Source of the DNA: an uncultured archaeon
GTDB lineage: Archaea > Altiarchaeota > Altiarchaeia > IMC4 > QMZM01
DNA length: 52,328 bases
Direction of reading: 5' to 3'
NCBI GenBank assembly: GCA_964549685.1
Contig: CAZJVE010000009.1
Location: 2,484 to 54,811 of the forward strand
Shown here piece by piece: positions 9,601-18,437 of this stretch. The notes beneath the pieces are model-generated. The model saw only the letters and a list, made by a program, of their open reading frames with translations. It ran no database searches and was not told where the DNA came from. Position 1 is the stretch's first letter. Every line of letters starts with the position of its first letter. Position numbers and translations under genes: made by a program.

Positions 9601-10798
9601 CGCTGTTACTCTCGAACCTCTTGTCATACAACCTTCTGCTTTCCCTGCTCATCTTCTCGCGAAGCTCCGGGTCAGAGATTAATCTCTCAAGCCTTTCCTT
9701 CAGCTCCTCAACATCGGGCTTTACCAGGAACCCGTTCTTCCCATTCCTGATACACTCCCTATTCCCGCCGGAGTCCGTTGCAATCAATGGCTTGCTGAAG
9801 CAGAGCGCCTCTATCAACACCCTGGAAAGCGGCTCCGGCCACCTTGATGGAAGAACCACAATATCCGACTGCCTGTAGATGGATGGCATATACTTGTACT
9901 TCACCCTCCCGAGGAATTTCACCCTGCTGCCCGCAATATTCTCTAGTCTCTCCCTTTCAGGCCCATCGCCGACTATCACCAGCTTGCCCATCCCAATCCC
10001 GTTAAAGACATCCATCAGCAAATCCACGCCCTTTATCCTGTTCAGTGTCCCGACATAGGTTACTATAGGGCCTTCAAGGTCCAGAGGATACTCATTACCG
10101 GACTCCCCCACCGTGCCGGAGTCCTTTATTGAAATTACATTAGGAATCCTGTGAATCCTCTCCTCCGGAACCCCGTTCTTCAGCAGCAACTCCCTGATAA
10201 AATCCGAGATAGCAATGAAATCATCTACCCTGGCCAGGGCCCGGTTCCGCCTCATGAAGTTCCAGTAGGCCAGGTCCCAGAACAACGGGTTGTACCTCAG
10301 CCATGGCCTCATCCTGACCTTCCCGGCATAGCCTGAGCTCAGCATGCACAGCGGATACTTCAGGATGCCGCAGCCGCTGCATTCTCCTTTCTCCCTGTAG
10401 AACATATTACCCTTCGGACAGAAGTTGCCGTAGCTGTTTATGGTCGCTATGCTCCTCTTTTCGTAGTGAGTGATGCTGGTAGTATTCAGAAAATGCACGA
10501 CATCGAAGTTCTCCGTTTCATCCAGTTTCTTCAGTTCCTTCCTTATGGAGCGGGGAAAGAGCAGTTTCCTTTTCAGCATGGAGGCGGGGCCTTTCCCGGT
10601 GCTGAGCCTCCTGTGAATCCTTACTCCATTCTTCTCCTCGTATTCCGGCAGCCCCCGGAATTTCGATGTCAGGACGGAAACGTCAACCCCTCTCTTCGCA
10701 AGGCCCTTCGCTAGGTGTTCCGCTGAGATTTCGCCACCGCCGAATACCTTCGGAGGGTAGTACTCGGATACGAGAAGGACCCTCGGATTTTCAATCAT
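9566..10798 (-). CDS. Glycosyltransferase family 4
   Basis: YYPPKVFGGGE, YVGTLNRIKGV, VVLPSRWPEPLSRVLIEA, ATDSGG; carries a Cys-rich insert (FCPKG...CSGC...C). Confidence 0.92.
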   Translation of the reverse strand: MIENPRVLLVSEYYPPKVFGGGEISAEHLAKGLAKRGVDVSVLTSKFRGLPEYEEKNGVRIHRRLSTGKGPASMLKRKLLFPRSIRKELKKLDETENFDVVHFLNTTSITHYEKRSIATINSYGNFCPKGNMFYREKGECSGCGILKYPLCMLSSGYAGKVRMRPWLRYNPLFWDLAYWNFMRRNRALARVDDFIAISDFIRELLLKNGVPEERIHRIPNVISIKDSGTVGESGNEYPLDLEGPIVTYVGTLNRIKGVDLLMDVFNGIGMGKLVIVGDGPERERLENIAGSRVKFLGRVKYKYMPSIYRQSDIVVLPSRWPEPLSRVLIEALCFSKPLIATDSGGNRECIRNGKNGFLVKPDVEELKERLERLISDPELREKMSRESRRLYDKRFESNSVIEKIMSLYTR

Positions 10799-10818
10799 CT
10801 TAATATGATTAGATTTAG

Positions 10819-12412
10819 AGTTGAATAGAGCTAGAACCCCCGTGACTTTAGCCGAGGGATGAATGGCGACTACGTGTTCTTTCTAACTACTTTTTGAGCA
10901 TTTAATTTCCTAACTGAAGGGTTTCTGGGGATACATCCACGTGTACCCTCCATTAATCAAACTATTTAGTTAGCTATCCTCACTTCTCACTTTTCTCGTG
11001 CTCTCTAGGATAAAGTAATTAGCTAATACTGATCTAAGTTAAAACATGAGCTCATTCATTACTGCCACGAAAACAGTTAGGGTTTCCCTACACTATAAAA
11101 CTACGCAGACAAAGCTCAGAAAACTGGAAAAGCTCATTGCAAGGCATACCTATGCTGTCAGACTCTTCTGCGAAAAAATCAATGCTAAGGAGGATGTTCC
11201 AACGACTAGATATGATGTTCGTAAATACACTCCAGAGGTCACTGCTGAGATAAATCTATCCTCCGGCTTTATCCAGCAGGCTGAGGACAAGACTCTGTGG
11301 ATGTACAGGCAATATCGAATAGCATACAATGCTTGGAAAAGAAAACTATCAAAGGCAAAGAAAGGAACGAAGTGGTATAGCAAACTACTGACAAGAGAAC
11401 CCTCTAGACCCTGTACCTCCAAGAGAAGCAAGCTCAGGAGGATACCTATCAGACTAGATTATAGAACCGGAAACGTCAAGGAAGTAGGCCTAAAACTGAC
11501 TAACCTACTTGCAGAGGTTTCCACTCTCAGGAAGCATGAACGGATGGCTTTACTGCTAAATCCATCTCAGTATCATATCCAACAGCTTGAATCTGGCAAG
11601 ATAAAAGACCTCGAACTCGTCAAAAAAGGCAGGAAATATTACGCTCACATCTCAGTTAAATATGAAGTTCCCACTCAACCTATTCAAACTATTCAGGGGG
11701 TTGATCTTGGCGTGAGTCGAGATATAACCTCGGTGAGGTTGCCTCTCACACCAAACAACTTCCAGATAGTCCGAAAGGTTAAGAAGAAATCTGAACTAAA
11801 GAAACTGAATGACCGGATAAGCCACCTGCGAAGGGAACAACGATGGGAAGTCCTGAAGAAGCTGAGGAACAAGCGGAGGAATCTAGCGATAGACCACGAC
11901 ATAAAGCTCGCCAAGGAGTTTGCTGCAACCTGCCATAACTGTCTGGTTGTGGTAGGGAACCCAGAGTATATAGCTTATAACCACTTCAAGGGCAATGGAG
12001 ACAAAGTGGGTAGAAGACTCCTCAGAAGCTGGTCCTTCTCACGGACGGCAGGCTGGATAATCCATCAGTGCAGTAAGCAGGGCATACCGGCAGCAAAGCT
12101 GAACGAGTGGTGGACTTCCTCAAAGTGCCATAAGTGCGATGGCAAGGTTCAGAGAACAAAAACCAGAATCGTTTGCAAGAAGTGTGGTATGAAATACGAT
12201 GCCGACTTCAACGCATCGATAAACATTCTCCAGAGGGGCAAAGCCCAACTGGAGAGTAAGTCCAGTGAGCTTCACAAAACCTTGGAGCAAAACCTGGCGG
12301 GGGCTACGGATGAACTAGCCCGCAAACTGGAGATGATTTCCTACACATGGAATGAGTCCAGAAACTCCAAGTCGGGGTTAGACGCCCCGACATTTATGTC
12401 GGGGTAGTTCAC
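10819..12412 (+). mobile_element. IS200/IS605-family (IS1341-type, tnpB-only) element 1
   Basis: Left hairpin AACC-CCCGTGAC-TTTA-GCCGAGGG (10835-10858, imperfect) downstream of TTAG (10815-10818); right hairpin GACG-CCCCGACA-TTTA-TGTCGGGG-TAGT-TCAC (12381-12412). No tnpA. Left boundary less certain than right. Confidence 0.8.
11046..12407 (+). CDS. tnpB: TnpB RNA-guided nuclease, RuvC-II-rearranged type
   Basis: RuvC-I GVDLG, WSF, Zn finger CHKC...CKKC, RuvC-III DADFNASINI; canonical RuvC-II Glu replaced (VVVGNP) with Glu in LNEWWTS. Confidence 0.92.
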   Translation: MSSFITATKTVRVSLHYKTTQTKLRKLEKLIARHTYAVRLFCEKINAKEDVPTTRYDVRKYTPEVTAEINLSSGFIQQAEDKTLWMYRQYRIAYNAWKRKLSKAKKGTKWYSKLLTREPSRPCTSKRSKLRRIPIRLDYRTGNVKEVGLKLTNLLAEVSTLRKHERMALLLNPSQYHIQQLESGKIKDLELVKKGRKYYAHISVKYEVPTQPIQTIQGVDLGVSRDITSVRLPLTPNNFQIVRKVKKKSELKKLNDRISHLRREQRWEVLKKLRNKRRNLAIDHDIKLAKEFAATCHNCLVVVGNPEYIAYNHFKGNGDKVGRRLLRSWSFSRTAGWIIHQCSKQGIPAAKLNEWWTSSKCHKCDGKVQRTKTRIVCKKCGMKYDADFNASINILQRGKAQLESKSSELHKTLEQNLAGATDELARKLEMISYTWNESRNSKSGLDAPTFMSG

Positions 12413-12445
12413 TTTTCTTAGTTAAATCAAATATCCAATTCCAAT

Positions 12446-13564
12446 ATGGGCAAAAAGATTCTTGTTACCGGGGGGGCAGGATTTATTGGCTCCTTTCTCG
12501 TGGACAAGCTGATTGAGGAGGGCAATGAAGTAAGAATCTTCGACAACCTCGAGGAGCAGGTCCACCAGGGCAGCACTCCCGACTACCTGAACGAAAAGGC
12601 GGAGTTCATCAACGGCGACGTCTGCAACTACGATGAGCTGAAGAAGGCGGTCGAGGACGTGGAGGTGGTCTCCCATCAGGCAGCCATGGTCGGAGTCGGC
12701 CAGTCCCAGTATCAGCCAAAGAGATACGTCGACGTCAATACAGGCGGAACAGCGAACCTCCTGGAAATTCTCGTCAATGAAGAGCACGACGTCAAGAAAC
12801 TCATAGTCGCCTCGTCTATGAGCATCTATGGTGAGGGCGCCTACCAGTGCGAGTCCTGCGGAGAGCTCAGCCCGGAGCTCAGGAGCGACGAGCAGATGGG
12901 CAGGCAGGAGTGGGAGGTCCAGTGCCCAAGCTGCGGCAAGGCACTCAAACCCGTTCCCACAACAGAAGAAAAGAAACTGCAGAGTAATTCTATTTATGCA
13001 ATAACCAAGAAAGACCAGGAAGAAATGTGTTTAAACATAGGTAAAAGCTATGGAATCCCCGTCGTTGCCCTGCGCTACTTCAACGTCTTCGGCCCGAGAC
13101 AGAGCCTGAGCAACCCCTACACTGGCGTAGTTGCAATATTCCTGAGCAGGATAAAGAACAACAACCCGCCCCTAATCTTCGAGGATGGATTACAGAGCAG
13201 GGACTTCATTTCCGTGCATGACATAGTCCACGCAAACCTCCTTGCAATGAATTCCAATGCCGCTGATTACGACTACTTTAATGTTGGGGCTGGAAGGCAG
13301 ATAACCATCCTGGATATTGCCGAAATCCTTGCAAAGCTCCAGAACTCTGATGTAAAACCGGAGATAGTCGGGAAGTTCAGGAAGGGGGACGTAAGGCACT
13401 GCTTCTCCGACAGCTCAAAGATTAAGAGCAAGCTCGGATTCGAGCCGGGGGTGGAATTCGAGCAGGGCATAAAGGAGCTCATGGAATGGTCGGCGGGAGT
13501 TGAAGCAGAGGACAAGGTAGAGGCAGCAACCGAGGAGCTGAGGGAGAAGGGGCTTCTGGAATAA
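12446..13564 (+). CDS. NAD-dependent nucleotide-sugar epimerase/dehydratase (extended SDR) with CxxC insert
   Basis: LVTGGAGFIGS, ASSMSIYG, YAITK, LRYFNVFGPRQ, RDFISVHD; CESC...CPSC insert. Confidence 0.93.
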   Translation: MGKKILVTGGAGFIGSFLVDKLIEEGNEVRIFDNLEEQVHQGSTPDYLNEKAEFINGDVCNYDELKKAVEDVEVVSHQAAMVGVGQSQYQPKRYVDVNTGGTANLLEILVNEEHDVKKLIVASSMSIYGEGAYQCESCGELSPELRSDEQMGRQEWEVQCPSCGKALKPVPTTEEKKLQSNSIYAITKKDQEEMCLNIGKSYGIPVVALRYFNVFGPRQSLSNPYTGVVAIFLSRIKNNNPPLIFEDGLQSRDFISVHDIVHANLLAMNSNAADYDYFNVGAGRQITILDIAEILAKLQNSDVKPEIVGKFRKGDVRHCFSDSSKIKSKLGFEPGVEFEQGIKELMEWSAGVEAEDKVEAATEELREKGLLE

Positions 13565-13569
13565 TCAAT

Positions 13570-15378
13570 ATGGACCGAGACGAGATTCTTCAGGCTCTGG
13601 AGGAGAGGAAGACCCCAGACGAGCTGAGGTCTGAACTGGATGCAGACAGAAAGGAGCTGAAGAGGGAGCTGAAGTCCATGAGGAACTCCGGCCTGGTCGA
13701 GACCGACGGAAACCATTACTGGAAGGCCGAGAGTAAGTCAACAGAACTTAACTACGCGGCAGTCATTCTCGTCATCGGTTGCATACTACTGGGCTTCTAT
13801 CTCCGAAGCTATCACATGGACTATCCGGTTGTCGGCTATCACAACTGGAAGGAGACCCACTACCTCAGCGAGGCGAGGAATTTCGTAAGGGACGGTTTCT
13901 TCAAATACGGCGTCTTTGTCCCTGTATGGGACTATCCCTCCATGGAGAGCGACCCATCCGGAGTGCATTCAGACACCCTCCCGACAATATCCATTCTTGT
14001 CTCAATAGCGTTCATGCTCTTCGGCTACGAGCTCTGGGTCGCAAGGCTTATCGGTATTCTCATGAATACCGGAACCATTCTTTTGATATATCTCATCGTC
14101 AAGAAGATATTCGAGAGGGAGGACATAGCGGTGGTATCTGCCTTTCTCATGGCCATAAACCCCATGCTCGTGTTCTTCAGCCACAACGTCCAGCTGATGA
14201 ACGTAGGGATATTCTGCGCCCTCCTCTCATTATACATGTTCCTGCTCTGGAGGGATTCCAACAATGGAATGCATCTAATCCTGACGGCAATATTCCTTGC
14301 CCTGGCAGGCCTGACAAAGTATCCCTTCCTCGCAATAACCGCTCCGATGTTCTTCCTGTTTCCATTTGGGAGGCTGAAGGAGATAGGAAAGAATCCCATG
14401 CCGTACATAGTCTCTGCAATAATCCTCCTCTCAATCCCCGCGTGGATATACTACTCATCCGTTGTTATAATAGACCAGTACGATACCACGGCATCGGCAA
14501 ATCTTGGAGCAATCCAGCCAGACAAGCTTCTCACGGACAAATTCTGGAAGACCACCGAGAGCTACCTGGCCGACTCGTTCACCATGCTCGGGGTCGGCGT
14601 TGCGGTCCTTGGCATTCTTGCAGCAGCCCTCTCCTACCTCCTGGACAGGAAATTCACTCCTGCAAGGAGATTCATGCTCGGCTCCCTGATTGGAACAATC
14701 CTCTTTGCCATTGTAGTGTCCAGCAAGCTGATGGGCCACGCATACTACTACTACGTCATTGCAGCCTTTGTCGTAATCTTCATGGCCTATTTCATGGTTA
14801 CGATGGCAGATTTAGCAAGACGGCTCAAGGTCGAGGGCAAGGGCATTGGCAATGCAAGCCTTATCATAGTAATAATCCTGGCCGCAATCCTGGTTCCCAC
14901 ATCGCAGGAGTCGGCATCCAGACAGTTCAATACACAGTTCCACGGCCTTGACGTCGCTGGAGAATACATAAACCAGCACAAGTCCCCCGGCGAGAGGGTG
15001 ATGCATTCTTCTCATCAGGCCTACGGAATTCTCTGGCATGCCGATATGAAAGGCACGAGAGGAATCCCCAAAACCCTCGAGAAGATAAAGTTCGCGGAGG
15101 ATAACCTGAACGCAACCTGGCTCTTCATCTACAACTGGGACTTCGACATCCTGCAGGACGAGGAGAGATGGCCCTACATCCGGGAGAACTACCGTCTTGT
15201 TCAAATAGGATTCATGCAGACCAACCAGGGCAGCCAGCCCTTCTATTTCCTGCTCAGAAAGGGCGGCTCGTTCGATGAAACCAAGCTCAACGACATGCTG
15301 GCAGGAAAGACAATCCAGAACAGGGACTACGAGCTGACCTCCGGCATCGCAAGGATGAACTACATAAACCTGGAATAA
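13570..15378 (+). CDS. GT-C fold membrane glycosyltransferase (ArnT/PMT-like, family 39/83) with N-terminal winged-helix-like extension
   Basis: About 11-12 hydrophobic segments, GFYLR..., WKETHYLSEARNF, ARLI, LAGLTKYP; N-terminal ~55 aa with helix-helix-helix-GLV-wing pattern. Confidence 0.8.
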   Translation: MDRDEILQALEERKTPDELRSELDADRKELKRELKSMRNSGLVETDGNHYWKAESKSTELNYAAVILVIGCILLGFYLRSYHMDYPVVGYHNWKETHYLSEARNFVRDGFFKYGVFVPVWDYPSMESDPSGVHSDTLPTISILVSIAFMLFGYELWVARLIGILMNTGTILLIYLIVKKIFEREDIAVVSAFLMAINPMLVFFSHNVQLMNVGIFCALLSLYMFLLWRDSNNGMHLILTAIFLALAGLTKYPFLAITAPMFFLFPFGRLKEIGKNPMPYIVSAIILLSIPAWIYYSSVVIIDQYDTTASANLGAIQPDKLLTDKFWKTTESYLADSFTMLGVGVAVLGILAAALSYLLDRKFTPARRFMLGSLIGTILFAIVVSSKLMGHAYYYYVIAAFVVIFMAYFMVTMADLARRLKVEGKGIGNASLIIVIILAAILVPTSQESASRQFNTQFHGLDVAGEYINQHKSPGERVMHSSHQAYGILWHADMKGTRGIPKTLEKIKFAEDNLNATWLFIYNWDFDILQDEERWPYIRENYRLVQIGFMQTNQGSQPFYFLLRKGGSFDETKLNDMLAGKTIQNRDYELTSGIARMNYINLE

Positions 15379-15380
15379 TC

Positions 15381-16355
15381 ATGAAAAAGAAAATAATTTC
15401 CCTCTTTGTAACGGCTGCTTTAATCCTCATTCTCCTCTCCCAGATTTCCCTGGACAGGTTTCTCGAGGTTATACTGACGATATCCCCCTTCTGGGTGGCT
15501 GTCGGTTTCGTGATGTATTCTCTTGGCTATCTGTTCAGGGCCATAAGGTTCAGGATGCTCCTCGGCGACAAGGTATCGCTCAGGGAGATGTACCCCCTCG
15601 TATGCCTCCATTACATGGCCAACAACATTCTCCCGGCAAGGCTCGGCGAGCTCTCCTACATCTATCTCGTGAAGAAGCTACACCAGATTCCAACGGCCGA
15701 GGGAATCGCAAGCCTTACAATAGCAAGAGTATTTGACCTGATTGCGCTGTCGAGCCTTCTGTTCTTCTCGGCAGTATTCGTTGAGAACGTTCCCCCACTG
15801 ATAGCGCAAAGTTTCGTGGTGGCGGGCGCCCTCATGCTGCTCCCAGTCATATTCGTCTTCTTCGTTGTCCATGGAGGGCGCAGGTTTGTTGCCCTGATAG
15901 AAAAAATCCTCATTGCCCTCAACCTCAGGAGATTCCAAAAGAGCGAGCTTATCCTGAAAAAATCTATCGAAATAATCGACTGTTTCCATGTCGTCAAATC
16001 AAAGAAGGTCATCTTTTACACACTGCTGAATTCCTTTGCCGTCTGGCTGTTCATTTACCTAATGAATTTCTCGCTGCTGAGGGGAATAGGCATGAACCTT
16101 GCTCTTCCAATCGTCATCCTTGGTTCGACATTCTCTGTTCTAACAAACATAGCCCCCGTTCCCTCGGTTGCAAGCATCGGAATCTACGAGGGCGTGTGGG
16201 CACTGGCGTTTATCTCTCTTGGCATACCGAAAGAAGCAGCAATATTCTCGGGTTTTGTGGCGCACATCATGATGCTCGTATACGTTGCCATTCTCAGCGG
16301 CATGGCCATGTTTGCGCTCAGGGGCAAAAGCATCAATCCTTTTCACACAGGATGA
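15381..16355 (+). CDS. Lysylphosphatidylglycerol synthase TM-like / UPF0104 flippase-like membrane protein
   Basis: RAIRF, NNILPARLGE, RVFD, PSVASIGIYE motifs; polytopic. Confidence 0.85.
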   Translation: MKKKIISLFVTAALILILLSQISLDRFLEVILTISPFWVAVGFVMYSLGYLFRAIRFRMLLGDKVSLREMYPLVCLHYMANNILPARLGELSYIYLVKKLHQIPTAEGIASLTIARVFDLIALSSLLFFSAVFVENVPPLIAQSFVVAGALMLLPVIFVFFVVHGGRRFVALIEKILIALNLRRFQKSELILKKSIEIIDCFHVVKSKKVIFYTLLNSFAVWLFIYLMNFSLLRGIGMNLALPIVILGSTFSVLTNIAPVPSVASIGIYEGVWALAFISLGIPKEAAIFSGFVAHIMMLVYVAILSGMAMFALRGKSINPFHTG

Positions 16356-17031
16356 CGTTCAGAAAGGAGTAGTTCGGGTAGGCAAGGAACCTGTTGAGAA
16401 TTCTATGCAATGGATAAACCCTCGACGGAAAGAAATACGTCAGGACCGAGATGGCAGGAAACGTCGGAAAGATTCCATTCCTCCATTTTAGTTCAAACCC
16501 ATTTCTCTTGAGCATGGAAAGGTACTCCTTTATCGGCCTGTCTCCGGGATGCCGCTCTATCTCCGAGGTTCGAAGCAGCTTTCCTGTAAAGAGGAAGGAA
16601 ACCCGTGAGGCGAAGTGGGCCAGGTTTGGGATAGTCAGTAGCAGCCTCCCGTCCTCCTTCAGGACCCTCTTTATATCCGTAATGGCCTTCTCTTGGTCAT
16701 GGAAATTCAAATGCTCAATTATATCAAGACATAGAACCAGGTCGAACTCCCCGTCCTTGAAGGGCATCTTGGTGATATCCCCTTTCTTCACATGCTTCGA
16801 TGAGTAGTTCAGGTCCATTCCAATGATGTCGTAGCCCCTCTTCCTGAACTCCTCCACGAGAACCCCCTCGCCGCAGCCCGCGTCCAGAATCTTTGCACTC
16901 TTCGGAATCTTGGCAAGGAACCCTCTGATGAATTCGAGCTTCGCCCTGTAGATTGGATAGTATTTCCAGTTCTTGTCGACCTCGCGATGATAGTCGCCCT
17001 TCTCCAGATATTCTCCAGCCCTCTTTTTCAT
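16333..17031 (-). CDS. Class I SAM-dependent methyltransferase
   Basis: ILDAGCGEG, GDITKMPFKDGEFDLVLCLDIIEH, RVLKEDG, TIPN. True start ATG 17031; the ORF-track extension to 17058 lies inside the IS left end. Confidence 0.9.
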   Translation of the reverse strand: MKKRAGEYLEKGDYHREVDKNWKYYPIYRAKLEFIRGFLAKIPKSAKILDAGCGEGVLVEEFRKRGYDIIGMDLNYSSKHVKKGDITKMPFKDGEFDLVLCLDIIEHLNFHDQEKAITDIKRVLKEDGRLLLTIPNLAHFASRVSFLFTGKLLRTSEIERHPGDRPIKEYLSMLKRNGFELKWRNGIFPTFPAISVLTYFFPSRVYPLHRILNRFLAYPNYSFLNVILCEKD

Positions 17032-17157
17032 GATAAACTGGCAAAGGAAACTCCCCACTTTAGTGGGGAGAGGAATTTGCTCTCTTCACCCCCTTGTTTT
17101 CCACTTTTCCTGTGCTCTCCCACAAGGTATTTGGAGTGCTTGGTTAGATAGTTAATC

Positions 17158-18288
17158 ATGGTAGGCCTTACTAAAACGATACGAATACCGTTACATGAAC
17201 CTAACAAAGGGAAATATGATTCCCTCATCAACACCCTCAATCGCTATTCTGATTGCATCAACTTCCATCTTGATGGTGCTTTCTTTTACGCCGATTCCAA
17301 GCAGGAGTTGCATCAACTCTGCTACCGCTCCTCAAGATTGGACGGCCTGTCTGCCAACCTCGTCCAGTCGGCTCGTGACAGAGCAATTGAAATGCATCGG
17401 AGGGGATGCACCCATACTAGTGATGTCCCCCTCCGTCTGAACCAGCGAATCTTTAAGCTCGTTCTTCGCGATGATGGTCTTAATCTTATTGGTATCACAA
17501 CCATTAATGGTAGGATATATGTACCTCTACCGCCTTATCTTCGGCCTTACCAAAAGCGACACCTAAAGGACATAACTTCCGGGAAGGCAACCTGCAACTG
17601 TGCCGAACTTGTCGACAGAGATGGTGACTTATGGATCCATCTCTTCGTCAAATATGAACTTGACAAGCCTCACTATCAACCCAAAACCATTATCGGAGTC
17701 GACTTGGGAATATCCAAGATAGCAACGGCGTCCGCCCTATCTGAGGATGTGATGAGCAGACCAACCTTCTTTGATGGCTCCAGGTTGAGATTTAAGCGGA
17801 AGTGCTACAAGCGAAAGCTGAGCGAGTGGCAATCCAATGGAAATGATGCAATGGTCAAGAGGTCGAAAGGCAAAATATCAAACCTTTCAATCTATCTGAA
17901 CCACTGCATCAGCAAGGAGATTGTCTCCTTAGCGGAACAATATCCTAATCCAGTGATTGTCATGGAAAAGCTCACCCACATAAGGAAGCGAAACTTGGGC
18001 AAGCGAATGAACTACGAACTTAACTCTTGGTCTTTCGCCCAGCTCCAGAGCTTTATTGAATATAAGGCCATGGAAAAGGGCATTCGAATTGAATATGTCG
18101 GGGCCAAACATACCTCACACAGGTGCAGCAACTGTGGCCACCTCAACAAATCGAATCGTAAAGACCAAGCACATTTCAAGTGCTTGGAGTGCGGTTATGA
18201 AGCGAACGCCGACTTTAACGCTTCCGTTAATATAGCCAAAGTCTTCCGTGAGGGAGCGCCCTCTCAGCCTACATGGTTGGGTGGATAG
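17158..18288 (+). CDS. tnpB: TnpB RNA-guided nuclease, canonical D-E-D RuvC
   Basis: IGVDLGI, IVMEKL, WSFAQLQSFIEYKA, HTSHRCSNCG...FKCLECG, NADFNASVNIA. Confidence 0.95.
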   Translation: MVGLTKTIRIPLHEPNKGKYDSLINTLNRYSDCINFHLDGAFFYADSKQELHQLCYRSSRLDGLSANLVQSARDRAIEMHRRGCTHTSDVPLRLNQRIFKLVLRDDGLNLIGITTINGRIYVPLPPYLRPYQKRHLKDITSGKATCNCAELVDRDGDLWIHLFVKYELDKPHYQPKTIIGVDLGISKIATASALSEDVMSRPTFFDGSRLRFKRKCYKRKLSEWQSNGNDAMVKRSKGKISNLSIYLNHCISKEIVSLAEQYPNPVIVMEKLTHIRKRNLGKRMNYELNSWSFAQLQSFIEYKAMEKGIRIEYVGAKHTSHRCSNCGHLNKSNRKDQAHFKCLECGYEANADFNASVNIAKVFREGAPSQPTWLGG

Positions 18289-18389
18289 GGCGAACTAAAC
18301 CGCCCTTGCTCTGACTTATGCCTGAGCCACAAGCGTTGACGGATAAGCCGGACTAAAAACGCCAACCCATTTATGGGCTGGTAGTTTAC
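18240..18389 (+). ncRNA. Putative omegaRNA/reRNA scaffold of element 2 (5' boundary approximate)
   Basis: TnpB reRNAs derive from the tnpB 3' end and right end (established); hairpin GGGCG-AACTAAAC-CGCCC right after the stop plus the terminal hairpin are visible. Confidence 0.6.
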
Positions 18390-18437
18390 AGGATATATCC
18401 TATTATTCTTCTACACAGAAATATAAATTTATTTAGG

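Larger units (their letters stand above)
17032..18389 (+). mobile_element. IS200/IS605-family (IS1341-type, tnpB-only) element 2
   Basis: Target TCAT (17028-17031); left hairpin GAAA-CTCCCCAC-TTTA-GTGGGGAG (17047-17070); right hairpin AACG-CCAACCCA-TTTA-TGGGCTGG-TAGT-TTAC (18358-18389). No tnpA. Confidence 0.88.

Noticed and set aside
17032-17058. N-terminal extension MGSFLCQFI of the 16333 methyltransferase
   Set aside because: Lies within the IS left end; the native ATG is at 17031.
17158-18389. TnpB 2 as Cas12f/Cas14 effector
   Set aside because: No CRISPR array or cas1/2/4 nearby; bounded by IS200/IS605 hairpin ends.
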